Source: Octopus bimaculoides (Eukaryota). From it: 56,357 bases of DNA. The first letter of the stretch is position 1; the number at the start of each line of letters is the position of its first letter. Where the stretch lies: contig NC_068999.1 of NCBI RefSeq assembly GCF_001194135.2, positions 1,056,106 through 1,112,462 on the forward strand, in the 5' to 3' direction. This document shows positions 14,040 to 26,360 of this stretch, one piece after another. A program made the translations under genes and the position numbers. Below the pieces are notes generated by a model. It was given only the letters and a program-made list of their open reading frames with translations, had not been told where the DNA came from and ran no database searches.

Positions 14040-14200
14040 ATACGACGAAACTCCACTCAGTTTCAGGATACGAAATTCACTCACAAGGCATTGCGCTGCC
14101 TCCGTTCATAAATAGGAGACACTTACCCGAGGCTCTGTCAAGTGAGATTTGATCGAAAAAGCACGTAGTTTTGAAATGAACATCTTAACCGCAAATCCAT
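14040..14200 (-). mobile_element. SINE family C, 5' part
   Basis: aaattcactcacaaggc...gagacacttacccgagg. Confidence 0.55.
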
Positions 14201-14419
14201 TTTAATTCGATGAAGAAAAAGCACTTTTATAATTAGAATTAACTTCACTTCACCTTTGAGATTTGCATCTTCATACATCGTTATTGTCCTAAATTAATAT
14301 TTTACTAAGCTAACCGACGCAAAATTGGTGTTCTAAGCTATGGGCGACGTTTAGAGAAACGAAGCAGTTTGAAGAAAATATAGAATAAAAAATTGTTGTT
14401 CCAATGAAGTGTTTTATTT

Positions 14420-14503
14420 AAAAAACGGAACGCGCCGGAAATTGAACCCATGATCTATCGATCGTGAGTGCAACGTTGTAACCACAAGAGCACCCACCTT
14501 CAC
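14420..14503 (-). mobile_element. SINE family B head only
   Basis: Minus strand gtgaaggtgggtgctcttgtggttacaacgttgcactcacgatcgatagatcatgggttcaatttccggcgcg. Confidence 0.65.
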
Positions 14504-14844
14504 CTAAATACGTTATATTTCATCACACTATATTATATATTACCTTACATTATATACACGAACCTGCACACACACATACACAAACGTTATACTTGTGTGT
14601 TCTTATGCATGTGATTCTGCTCATTACATTTACATGGTATGTGAACATGGTTTGTGCACGTGTTTTAGTATATTCCTCTTCGTATACGTATTTATGAATA
14701 TATACGTGGGATTTCCTTCCTCTTTCTATAGACGCTAGTGTATATCTACATACGCATAGGCGTATATTCAGAAGGTATCTAGTCGTATATGTGAATGTAG
14801 ACGTGTCTGTACATTTATTCGCTCTTTTCAACAGAAGTACCGCA

Positions 14845-15100
14845 GTGATAATTGGATTCACTAGTTCTTTTGTAAATAATATAATTATGAAATGTCTCTT
14901 AATGAGTAGAAGAACAGCACCAATGTGTCTTGGAAAATAAGTCATGCTTAGTAACAATGTAGAGAAAGAAATTACAAAATTCTTCATTCTCCTTCCAATA
15001 GAGTCGTTAGTTAATTCCATAAGGTTTTTTTATTTTTGATTTAATTCTTCCTCAATAATGTCTCTTGTACATTCGATTTGTGTTAACCCAGAATATATAA
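14845..15100. repeat. Unclassified dispersed repeat, copy 1 (homologous to 19880-20110)
   Basis: Direct alignment, for example gtgataattggattcactagttcttttgtaaataatataattatgaaatgtctcttaatgag versus gtgataattggtttcagtagtactattgtaaataatataattatgaaaaatctcttaatgag. Confidence 0.8.
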
Positions 15101-15233
15101 TTATTCTTGCATATTTATTCGCGTACACATATGCACGCATATGCATATATAGGTACATGCATACATATGTACATATATAAATAGGTATGTATGATATATA
15201 TATATATACATACATACATACATACACACACAC

Positions 15234-15320
<87 letters not shown>

Positions 15321-15397
15321 CAATTAAAGAAACACAGGGAGAAAAACGAAGTTGTGGACGTAACACAAGCAATGTATTAATAAGAAACTCAGAGAAG

Positions 15398-15480
15398 GCA
15401 AAGAGTAGTAGTTTTACGTTTCGTGCATAGCTCTTCTTCGCCAACAGGAAAATCGGGAAAATCCAAGAAGGAGGAGGTAA
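15398..15480 (-). mobile_element. Penelope-like 3' terminal motif
   Basis: Minus strand reads ggcgaagaagagctatgcacgaaacgtaaaac, the GAAGA(n)CGAAACGT motif typical of PLE termini. It lies on the same strand as, and downstream of, the GIY-YIG remnant. Confidence 0.5.
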
Positions 15481-16039
15481 AAAAAAAAGTCACTAACAAC
15501 CACGTACGATTACATTTTTGAAATGACTAGAAGTAGAAAGAATTAAGAAAGTGTGATTTCTGGTACACGAGAGTGCGAAAATGGTCAGTATGTGTATGTA
15601 TGAGTGTGTGTGTGTGTGTGCGTATGTGTGTGTGCGGGCGGGCGCGTTAATGTTTCTGTGCGAGTGTGAGAGTGTGTGTTTGAGGGTGGGGTACGTGTGT
15701 GGTGTGTGTGTACCTGTGTGTGTGTGCACATGATGTATGTGTGGCGTTTGCGGTGTGTAGTATAGCAATAAATTAGCTATAAAAAATTTTAAATGGTTAA
15801 AATTAAAAATTCTGAAAACTAGAAATAAATAATTCAAATAATACAAATAACGAAAATTAAAAATTAGTAATAACAAAAGTAAATGTAAATAAATCAGTAG
15901 CAGAAAAAAAATTGGTAAAAGAAATAGAATCACTAAGTGAAATAATTAAAAAGTAGTTAAAATATTATAAAAGAATTATAAAAAATAAAAGCATAAATGA
16001 ATAAAAAAGATTCAGTAAAATGTTGTTTTAGAAAAGAAG

Positions 16040-16590
16040 GGTGTGTGTGGGTGGAATGCCACTGAGGGGAGGGGTGGGTGATGCATCCGTAACTAGCTTC
16101 AGTGAAAATGTAGCGCTGTTTCAGGCGGAGTGTAGAATTGGTGGATGCATGGAGTAGGACAAACCGAGTTGGAGCGGTCGGCCAATTGAAAATGATGGGC
16201 GATGGGGGTGTTCTTACACAGATGCATGTCTTGCAGGTGTCGCTGACCAATGTAAAGTTTATTAGCGAAGTTGAAACCTGATGCAATAAATGAGGCTTCA
16301 AGAATTGCTGAAAAATTGGGGTTCCTAATATAGAGGGTGTGTTGGAACAAGTGAAAGATCTGGGCTGCGTTGGAATGGAAAGGGAAGGAGCTATGGACCA
16401 GTAGGTCAGGTAGGTTACGGGGGCGTTCAAAGGAGAGCAACGGTGTATTGGGGAAAACAGGGAAGGTGGTGATGTCTAACTGGAGGCGACGGATGGCCTG
16501 CAGGAACTTTCCACATCTGGAATGGTTATCCTGGCTAGCCATATCCATGGCTCAGCTAGCAGAAACTTCCAAGACACTATCTATAGTATT
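16040..16590 (-). mobile_element. Penelope-like element remnant (RT C-terminus, linker and GIY-YIG endonuclease)
   Basis: Translation PLLSFERPRNLPDLLVHS...KLYIGQ...KNTPIAHHF...RLKQRYIFT matches the PLE linker and GIY-YIG region. It is frameshifted. Confidence 0.8.
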
Positions 16591-16752
16591 CCTATAAAAA
16601 AAAATATTATATATATATAACAACATGACATAGAAAAACGTACATTAGCTCATAGCAATGCGTACGCACGAGCAATATTAGATACACACACACACGATGG
16701 CGTACCATCATTGGTGTGTATGTGCATGTGTGTGCGTGTGTGTGTATCGGTT

Positions 16753-16892
16753 TCAAATTATGGTACAAGGCCAGTAATTATGGGGAAGTGGGTAATTCGA
16801 TTGTCTGGGTCCTCAGTGTTCAACTGGTACTCATTTTAAGGACCCTGAAAGGTTGAAAGGCAAAATCGACCTCGGTAGAATTTGAACTCAGA
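16753..16892 (-). mobile_element. SINE family A, partial copy
   Basis: gaccctgaaaggttgaaaggcaaaatcgacctcggtagaatttgaactcaga is homologous to the 9271-9867 copies. Confidence 0.75.
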
Positions 16893-17735
16893 CCGCAACT
16901 TCTTGAAATAGAAATAACAACAGAATAAGAAAAATAAAAATAAAATAACCACTGGTAGATATTGTACATGTTGTTGTTGTAGTCGTAGCAGAAAAATGGG
17001 GAAAACGAGGGAGAGTAGGTGGAAGGAAGGGGTTGGACTAGAAAGAAAAAGGAAGAGAAGAAGCAGAAGGGAGAAGAGAAGGAAAGGAAAACAACAACAA
17101 CAACAAGAACGCTTTCTTTCATTGACTCGAAAAGGAAAGTCTGTAGGCGTGGTGGCACAACGAAAAAAATCAAGTCAAAATCAATATCAAAAAGGGATTC
17201 TATATTGATTCAAGACAAAATCAATAATGAGACATCAATAAATACATAGCAACTAATAATAAGAAGAGTAATTAACAAGGAATTAATGAGAAAATATTTA
17301 GAAAATGGCGAACTTCTGCTGAGGATCGTCTGCGTTCCAGACACTGAAACGTTTTTACATGATATTTATTCAATTAATCAATTTAATCGTCCTTACAAAA
17401 GCCAGAAATCCATGGCCGACAGAGGAAATTACATAAAGAAATACAGGGTCAAAAATATACTAAACAAAAACAAATGCATAAACGAGAGAGAAGAAAAGAA
17501 AGAAAACGAGAGCAATTATCGAACGTTTAAACATGTCTGCTGCCAATGTATGCATTTTAAAAATATGTTGAGAGGCTTTATAAATATGTGTGTGTGGGGG
17601 GTGCGTGCGTGTGAACAACACTTTTCATCCTTTTGTGGTTGACAAAATAAGAGCCACTTGAACGCTGCAGTCGATGTGATAGACTCATCTCTCCCTAGAA
17701 TTGCTAGTCTTCTGTCTAAAGGAGCGAGAACTCAC

Positions 17736-17874
17736 GGATCTGCTCTTCATTATGTTTCTTGTGTGACATGGGTTCATCAGAGTATATGAAATCAATATTT
17801 GGTCAATTGTTTTTGAGCACATCCATATCTCCTCCTCGTTAATCTCGAATTCCCCGAGGAATTTTGGCAAGGTA
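17736..17874 (-). CDS. Weaker candidate exon (TLPKFLGEFEINEEEIWMCSKTIDQILISYTLMNPCHTRNIMKSRS)
   Basis: Acceptor ccttttatatttcag| and donor TCC|gtgagt, 139 nt. The only open frame starts in phase 2, compatible with exon B. It could instead be transposon-derived. Confidence 0.3.
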
Positions 17875-18411
17875 CTGAAATATAAAAGGTCTTTCAACAA
17901 TAATTTGCATCAGAAATACGTCATTGCCCTGAAGAGAGAGCGCGAAACCTTTGTTACTATACAGTATCTTCCAGTCCGATACTTCGTAAAGCTTTCAATT
18001 GCGAATATTGTTGATAGATCTTACGACATCTTCCTCATATATATGTGTGCTTGCAAGTGTACGTGTGTGTGTGTGTGTGTGTGCGTCACTGCACTTATTT
18101 CGCGTCGTCTCTCTAAGGAGTCGTACATTTTATCTGAAGAGTCCTTAGAAAGTTATCAAAAACATCCGAAGTATCCGTGATGGAATATATTTCAAATAAC
18201 TACCACATTCTGTTCGAAGACAATAAATTCTTTGATAATATTCCTTTCTTCGATGTATGATCCATCTTCTAAATTGGTAGATCTACCCGGGCAATGCAAG
18301 TTAAAATTGGAAACTTCAGCTTAGTTCTTCAAGAGTATTGAAGTTTGAAACACAACGCCTTCTTCATTCAGTGTATTTTATAAACGAATAATTGAAGTGA
18401 TTTTATACACA

Positions 18412-18448
<37 letters not shown>

Positions 18449-18472
18449 ACACACACACACATATATATACAT

Positions 18473-18850
18473 GTGGCGGTGCAGTGACACACCCGTTAGG
18501 GCAGTGGCCTCGCGGTCGTAGGAGCGTGGCTTTGATTCCCAGTCCGGGCGTTGTGAATGTTTATTGAGCGAAAACAGCTAAAGCACCACGAGGCTTCAGC
18601 AGGGGATGTTGGCGAACCCTGGTGCATTCTTTCACCACAACTTCCTCACATGCTTTCTTCCTGTTGCTGTTGTACCTGTAATTCAAAGGGTCAGCCTTGT
18701 CATAGTCTATTTCACGGTGAATCTCCCCGAGAATTACGTTAATGGTACACGTGTCTGTGGAGTGCCCAGCCACTTGCACGTTAATTTCATGAGCAGGCTG
18801 TTCCGTTGATCAGATCAACGGGAACCCTCGTCGTCGTAACCGACGGACTG
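18473..18850 (+). mobile_element. tRNA-derived SINE, near full length, with the family B-type tail
   Basis: Head has A/B-box-like motifs (tttgattccc). The tail gtggagtgcccagccacttgcacgttaatttc...ggaaccctcgtcgtcgtaaccgacgga resembles the tail of 36245-36595. Confidence 0.7.
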
Positions 18851-18988
18851 ACATGATACACACATATATACATGCATACATTTATTCGCACCACACACAC
18901 AGACACACGAACGAATATGTACACATATAATTATATACACAGAGACACAGCTATGTATATCGCATGTAGTGTGCGTCCGAGTGTATGC

Positions 18989-19022
<34 letters not shown>

Positions 19023-19461
19023 NNNNNNNNNNNNNNNNNNNNNNNNNNNNNNNNNNNNNNNNNNNNNNNNNNNNNNNNNNNNNNNNNNNNNNNNNNNNNN
19101 NNNNNNNNNNNNNNNNNNNNNNNNNNNNNNNNNNNNNNNNNNNNNNNNNNNNNNNNNNNNNNNNNNNNNNNNNNNNNNNNNNNNNNNNNNNNNNNNNNNN
19201 NNNNNNNNNNNNNNNNNNNNNNNNNNNNNNNNNNNNNNNNNNNNNNNNNNNNNNNNNNNNNNNNNNNNNNNNNNNNNNNNNNNNNNNNNNNNNNNNNNNN
19301 NNNNNNNNNNNNNNNNNNNNNNNNNNNNNNNNNNNNNNNNNNNNNNNNNNNNNNNNNNNNNNNNNNNNNNNNNNNNNNNNNNNNNNNNNNNNNNNNNNNN
19401 NNNNNNNNNNNNNNNNNNNNNNNNNNNNNNNNNNNNNNNNNNNNNNNNNNNNNNNNNNNNN

Positions 19462-19493
<32 letters not shown>

Positions 19494-19879
19494 GTGTGTA
19501 TGTATGTATTCATGCACACAGACACATACACACATATATACACATACGCACATACATATACGCTCGGGCATTTGCATACTTATATATTCTACTAATTTGC
19601 TTGTAGCTATGCACGTCTATCTCTTTATCTTTATGTATGTACCTATAAATATCTAAACATACATACACACGGATGCACATATACACACGCCTGCATGTGT
19701 GTGTGTGTGTGTGAGTATGTATATATACGTTTCTCCTCAAAATATATACATACACTTTCATTCGCATCTTTACAGAGAGTATAACGTAGATTTACGTCTG
19801 TCTAAACCCGTGATCACTTGTATGTTTTACATAGATATATACGTGTGGGTGTCAACTGAGCTCTACTTCTCTTCACACA

Positions 19880-20110
19880 TTCAGATTGCCGAAGTGATAA
19901 TTGGTTTCAGTAGTACTATTGTAAATAATATAATTATGAAAAATCTCTTAATGAGTTGAAGAATATCACCAATGTGTCGCAGAATATTAAACCATGCTTA
20001 GTAACAATGAAAAAAATCGGTAAATTCTTCATCCAGCTTCTAATAGATTCGTTAGTAAATTCCATTGCTTTTTTTTTTATTTTAGACGTAATTCCTTCCA
20101 GTACAATAGT
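19880..20110. repeat. Unclassified dispersed repeat, copy 2 (homologous to 14845-15100)
   Basis: Same orientation as copy 1, diverged, with small indels. Confidence 0.8.
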
Positions 20111-20183
20111 TGTTTTTGTATATACATACATACGTGCATGCATGCATACATTCATGCATACATTCATGCATACATTCATGCAT

Positions 20184-20220
<37 letters not shown>

Positions 20221-20446
20221 TACATACATACATTCATACATACATACATTCATACATACATACATTCATACATACATACATACATACATATATACATACA
20301 TAATAAAATATGATCTTTATAACATAACACGTAACGCTATTACCTACTGATACACCAGCCACTGAACTACCAGCCAACTGGCTAATAATAAGTGACACAA
20401 AGCTCAAACATATATTAAAATTAATATTAATATCGCAACATTCTAC

Positions 20447-20700
20447 GGCGACATATTGGCAGAATCGTTAGCAGAACGGGCGAGATGCTTTGCGGATAAC
20501 GTCGGTCCTTATGTTTTGAGTAAAAGATTCCGCCGAGGTCGAACTTGGCACCAGTGACGTTGCAACACATTTCTACAGCGGAGTGGATTGGAGCAACATG
20601 AAATAAAGTGTCTTGCTCAAGAACACAGCACACAAACCGGTTCGGAAATCGAACTCACAACCTCATGATTGTGACCCCGACGCTCTAATTATCGAGTCAT
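20447..20700. mobile_element. Fused SINE heads: family A head on + (about 20447-20550) joined to family B head on - (about 20560-20700)
   Basis: ggcagaatcgttagca...ccgccgaggtcgaacttg, followed directly by gagcaacatgaaataaagtgtcttgctcaagaacac...gaaatcgaactcacaacc. Confidence 0.7.
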
Positions 20701-22734
20701 CATATATGAATATATGTATTACAACCGCATAGAACTATACACCCGTTTGTTTAGGATTATTATGCATTTTGTAGTCTAAACCCAGTATAGGAGTACTCTT
20801 GTGAGTGCCACAACATGTATCAAATGCCATATATTGTGCATTAAATATAAACATGTGTGTGTGTGTATGTATATATGTCTCTGTCTGTCTGTCTCTCTCT
20901 CTCTCTCTGTATATATATATATATATATATATACTTGTAAATTGAGGATATAATCATTAAAATGTTTGTATCAGTGGCTAGCATATAAGATAACAACTTA
21001 TCGGTAAAATTAATTTTTAAGTATATAAGTACAAAAAATTTAATTATGATAAGGGCGATGTAATGCGCCCTCTATTTAAATACAGAAGAAATTTAGAGCG
21101 TATTGTAAACATTTGATATCTACTTCTAGCGTATAGGCGTTGACATTCCAGCGTCCTTAATTATAATTATATTTTTATAATTATATACTTAATATTAATA
21201 TATATGTGTGCATTTATATGCATAAATATGTGTTTCATGCATATATATTTATATGAATATATTTATATGCAAATAAAGGCTTATTTGTGTATATATATAT
21301 ATGTATGTGTATGTATATACATATATGTATCCATATGCACGTGCTTTTGTTGCGTATGTGCGTGTGTGTATGCGTGTCTGCATATGCCTATAATCTTCAT
21401 ACACGCTAATATTTATATGTGAACACAAAGTAATATACTTATGCATAGTCGAATGAAAGCAGATAATTACTCATAAGAAAATAAAATTTTATTTGCAAAT
21501 TAATTCATACACTCTTAGTGGGACTCATTAAAGTATATACGAACTAGCATGACGATATGAACAGCAGGTCACACAGACTTTGAATGTACGCTTAATATTC
21601 TTAAACTTTAAGCTACTTTTCAAATAACCTTAATTTAATATTTAAATATACAAACATAAATCTGGTATTATGCAAATATACTAATTTCCAAATATCCAAA
21701 TGTTATAATTTTCAAACAGAGAAGTTAAAATTCCAGATGAATCGATATTAGAATGGTACGGAAATATTTGAATATATCAATCGCATTAGTAAAGGTTTAA
21801 AAAAACATTTTGACTGATGGACAGATGGATATATATATATATATATATATANNNNNNNNNNNNNNNNNNNNNNNNNNNNNNNNNNNNNNNNNNNNNNNNN
21901 NNNNNNNNNNNNNNNNNNNNNNNNNNNNNNNNNNNNNNNNNNNNNNNNNNNNNNNNNNNNNNNNNNNNNNNNNNNNNNNNNNNNNNNNNNNNNNNNNNNN
22001 NNNNNNNNNNNNNNNNNNNNNNNNNNNNNNNNNNNNNNNNNNNNNNNNNNNNNNNNNNNNNNNNNNNNNNNNNNNNNNNNNNNNNNNNNNNNNNNNNNNN
22101 NNNNNNNNNNNNNNNNNNNNNNNNNNNNNNNNNNNNNNNNNNNNNNNNNNNNNNNNNNNNNNNNNNNNNNNNNNNNNNNNNNNNNNNNNNNNNNNNNNNN
22201 NNNNNNNNNNNNNNNNNNNNNNNNNNNNNNNNNNNNNNNNNNNNNNNNNNNNNNNNNNNNNNNNNNNNNNNNNNNNNNNNNNNNNNNNNNNNNNNNNNNN
22301 NNNNNNNNNNNNNNNNNNNNNNNNNNNNNNNNNNNNNNNNNNNNNNNNNNNNNNNNNNNNNNNNNNNNNNNNNNNNNNNNNNNNNNNNNNNNNNNNNNNN
22401 NNNNNNNNNNNNNNNNNNNNNNNNNNNNNNNNNNNNNNNNNNNNNNNNNNNNNNNNNNNNNNNNNNNNNNNNNNNNNNNNNNNNNNNNNNNNNNNNNNNN
22501 NNNNNNNNNNNNNNNNNNNNNNNNNNNNNNNNNNNNNNNNNNNNNNNNNNNNNNNNNNNNNNNNNNNNNNNNNNNNNNNNNNNNNNNNNNNNNNNNNNNN
22601 NNNNNNNNNNNNNNNNNNNNNNNNNNNNNNNNNNNNNNNNNNNNNNNNNNNNNNNNNNNNNNNNNNTATATATACATTTGTATACACACACATGTATGTA
22701 TGTATATATATTATTATTGTTTTTAGACGTTGCA

Positions 22735-23035
22735 CACTATCCAATATCGTAATGTTGTTCATTGACTTTTTTGTGTCCACCGGGGGTTTGAACTGTCTGT
22801 CAAGTTCAATAAGGACCTCAGAGAGGCAGTATTTTATGCAATATGCATGTAGCTTCCAGTAATGCCTATTTTTGCCATATACCTAGAATGTAGGGCATTT
22901 CTAAAGTTGCCAGATGTCTTTTTGAGGTTTCGAGTTATTGAACCCAATGCTCCGATAACAATAGGGACAACCTCTATGTTTAACTCTCGTAGCTGCTACA
23001 TCTTATACCTCAAATCAGAGGCCTCCATATTTCTC
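22735..23035 (-). mobile_element. R4/Dong-like RLE retrotransposon 3' fragment
   Basis: Translation EKYGGL...EVVPIVIGALGSITRNLKK...ALL...ILHKIL carries the PIVIGALG motif of RLE elements. The 5' truncation abuts an (ATT)n tract. Confidence 0.78.
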
Positions 23036-23843
23036 ATTATTATTATTATTATTATTATCAGTGCCTTTGCACAGCTTCTAACACTGGAGATGTACTGCGG
23101 CGTCAGCTGTTCGATACCAGTGAACTAAGATAACACCTCTTATTTTTCGAGCACCTTCCGCTATGATAAGCAATACACCAATAAGCAGTGTGAGGACAAG
23201 CATATTGTACAGTAGTTTTATGACGTCAAGCAACTGACAGTACATGGAACACGCCACATTAGCTGAGTTGAGCAAAATACAAGTTGAATGTACTTTACAA
23301 ATGTACTTCTCTAAAAATATACTGGATATTAATAAAATATTAATAACACCTTATATGGAATTCTGTGGCATATTAATGATTTCGTGTCTAATTAATGAGG
23401 TATAATACGAAGACATATTTTCTAGCAATACCATTTATTTCCTTCTTATATTGTTTAGTTTCATAAATAATTTCATTGTATTGTATTGTGACATGTCTGT
23501 TTAAGTTTAACTTAAGGTCGATTGTCTTATGCCTCACTTCACAAGGAAGCTCTAAATCGATGGCAAATTTGCAGGAATATATCAAATAAATAAATATGAA
23601 AATTATAGAATTTGGCTTAGAACCATTCATTAGTGCGCTTGTTATTGTTTTTTTGTTTTATTTATGAATTTCCCTGTGGTATTATTTCTCAAGCATGATG
23701 GCTTGAAAGTAATACGCACACACACACACCTATACATATAAAGATACATACATACATACATACCTACATACATGTATGTATGTATGTATGTATGTATGTA
23801 TGTAGGTATGTATGTATGTATGTTAGAGTGTATACATATCTCT

Positions 23844-23924
<81 letters not shown>

Positions 23925-23989
23925 TATGTACTACATACATGCATTACACACGCATACACACACGTATCACACTACATGTGTGCATCAAA

Positions 23990-24245
23990 CTACGCGCGTT
24001 TTTCGACACGTCCACACAGCGCCACGACAATCAATATTGAGGCGACTCCTATCCAACTGGAGGCCGCCTGTAGGTCAGTTCCGTAGCATAGACTTGTTCG
24101 TGCACGACTGCACAGTGCTAGTCGACCGATTCAATTAAAAAAAAAAACGATCCTTCTGGACCAACATCACTCGGGCTGAATCGATAACCCTTCGCGATCT
24201 TCGTCGCCGCAATGACATCATCGTCAATCCAGCAGACAAGTGCTG
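23990..24245 (+). mobile_element. Penelope-like element N-terminal/pre-RT remnant
   Basis: Translation LLSNWRPPVGQFRSIDLFV...TNITRAESITLRDLRRRNDIIVNPADK matches the PLE 'NL...E..AL..L....DIVIKPADKG' motif. It has internal stops. Confidence 0.78.
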
Positions 24246-24371
24246 ACAGGCTGAACAATCCGAATTGCGCGCAGAGAAACGAATCAGAGAAAAGGAATTA
24301 CCTGGTATTGTATCAGGACTTTTTTACTTCTTCTCTTTCTTCGGTCGCGTTCGTTTTTAGTATTCTTCTCC

Positions 24372-24412
<41 letters not shown>

Positions 24413-24544
24413 GCTGCTGTTGTTGTCATTGTCGCCACCAATATCACCCTCATCCCCACCAACCGTAGCACCATACCCACCCTCTTCGTCATTTCTAACA
24501 TTACCGTGCATATTAAAGCTTTTTCGTTATTAAAACATTATTAC

Positions 24545-24614
24545 CATAAATAACAGGAACAACGACAACAACAGTAACAACAACAACAACAATGATAACA
24601 ATAATAATAACAAC

Positions 24615-24658
<44 letters not shown>

Positions 24659-25254
24659 TAATAANNNNNNNNNNNNNNNNNNNNNNNNNNNNNNNNNNNN
24701 NNNNNNNNNNNNNNNNNNNNNNNNNNNNNNNNNNNNNNNNNNNNNNNNNNNNNNNNNNNNNNNNNNNNNNNNNNNNNNNNNNNNNNNNNNNNNNNNNNNN
24801 NNNNNNNNNNNNNNNNNNNNNNNNNNNNNNNNNNNNNNNNNNNNNNNNNNNNNNNNNNNNNNNNNNNNNNNNNNNNNNNNNNNNNNNNNNNNNNNNNNNN
24901 NNNNNNNNNNNNNNNNNNNNNNNNNNNNNNNNNNNNNNNNNNNNNNNNNNNNNNNNNNNNNNNNNNNNNNNNNNNNNNNNNNNNNNNNNNNNNNNNNNNN
25001 NNNNNNNNNNNNNNNNNNNNNNNNNNNNNNNNNNNNNNNNNNNNNNNNNNNNNNNNNNNNNNNNNNNNNNNNNNGCCACCACCACCGCTACTACCATCAT
25101 CACCACCACCACCACCACCACCACCACCACTACCAACGCCACCACTGCCTACAACAACAATGCTGGTCACAACAACAAAAACCAGAACATTTCAACATGG
25201 AACACCACCTACACCGACAGTACCAATACCACTGCCACTACTATCACCACCACG

Positions 25255-25312
<58 letters not shown>

Positions 25313-25822
25313 TCATATTTATTATGACGATAAGAAAGACGATAATGGCAAAGGTGATGAGGGTGGTGTTGATGCTGCTGCTGCTGATGATGTTGATGAT
25401 GATGATGATGATGATGACGACGAGAAGGAGGAGGAGGATGGGAAGGGTAACGATCACAACAACGACGACGATGAGGAACATGACGGTGATGAAGATGACG
25501 GTGGTAGTAATTGTAATATGGAATAATTTTAAGGGAAGGAAAGAAAAGAAGGAGGAAAAATAATGTAATGCTGGTAAAGTAATAGCAGCCACAGCATAAA
25601 GCATAGACGATGACGGCGACGGCCATGATGACGACGACGAAGTCGATGACAACGAAGAAGAAGAAGAAGAAGAAGAAGAAGAAGAAGAAGAAGAAGAAGA
25701 AGAAGAAGAAGAAGAAGAAGAAGAAGAAAAGAAGAAGAAGAAGAAGAAGAAGAAGAAGAAGAAGAAGAAGAAGAAGAAGAAGAAGAAGAAGGAGGAGGAG
25801 GAGGAGGAGGAGGAGGAGGAGA
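24545..25822. repeat. Compound trinucleotide array (AAC/AAT, gap, CAC, TAC, GAT, GAA, GGA)
   Basis: Read directly; interrupted by the N gap at 24665-25074. Confidence 0.95.
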
Positions 25823-26039
25823 GTGATTGCAGATGATACATTAGTCGAAGAAATAAGGAAATATAACTGGACTACGCCTCAAACCGTTCTGCAGATCAAC
25901 AAAATGAGCGCCAAACTAAAGTGTAGATACCATTCTGAGATCTTTCAGCAAGGCACTTCGTTTCCCATCAGTCAAGTCTACTAAACTGAGAATGAGTTTG
26001 ATCACTAATGCTGATGTAGCAGCCCCTTCTGTTCCCTCC

Positions 26040-26148
<109 letters not shown>

Positions 26149-26189
26149 GATGAAATACCGTAGAGCCTAATTTATGTATTTCATGTGTA

Positions 26190-26360
26190 TGGCGTCCGTG
26201 GAATGACCACTGATCAGTCAAAGTTTGGATGTCTATCTCTTGCTGACTGAATGTGTCCTCGAACCCTCGAAATCTCTTTTCTGTAATAAGGTACTGGAAC
26301 TATCTCCTGCTCACACATCATGACAGCACATTCAAGTGAGACGTGATAACAAGATCCAAT
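26190..26360 (+). mobile_element. Possible CR1/L2-like LINE 3' end remnant
   Basis: Frameshifted FCNKV..WNYL......STFK*DVI resembles the CR1 terminal 'FSNRVV..WN.LP......SFK..LD' motif. Confidence 0.3.
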
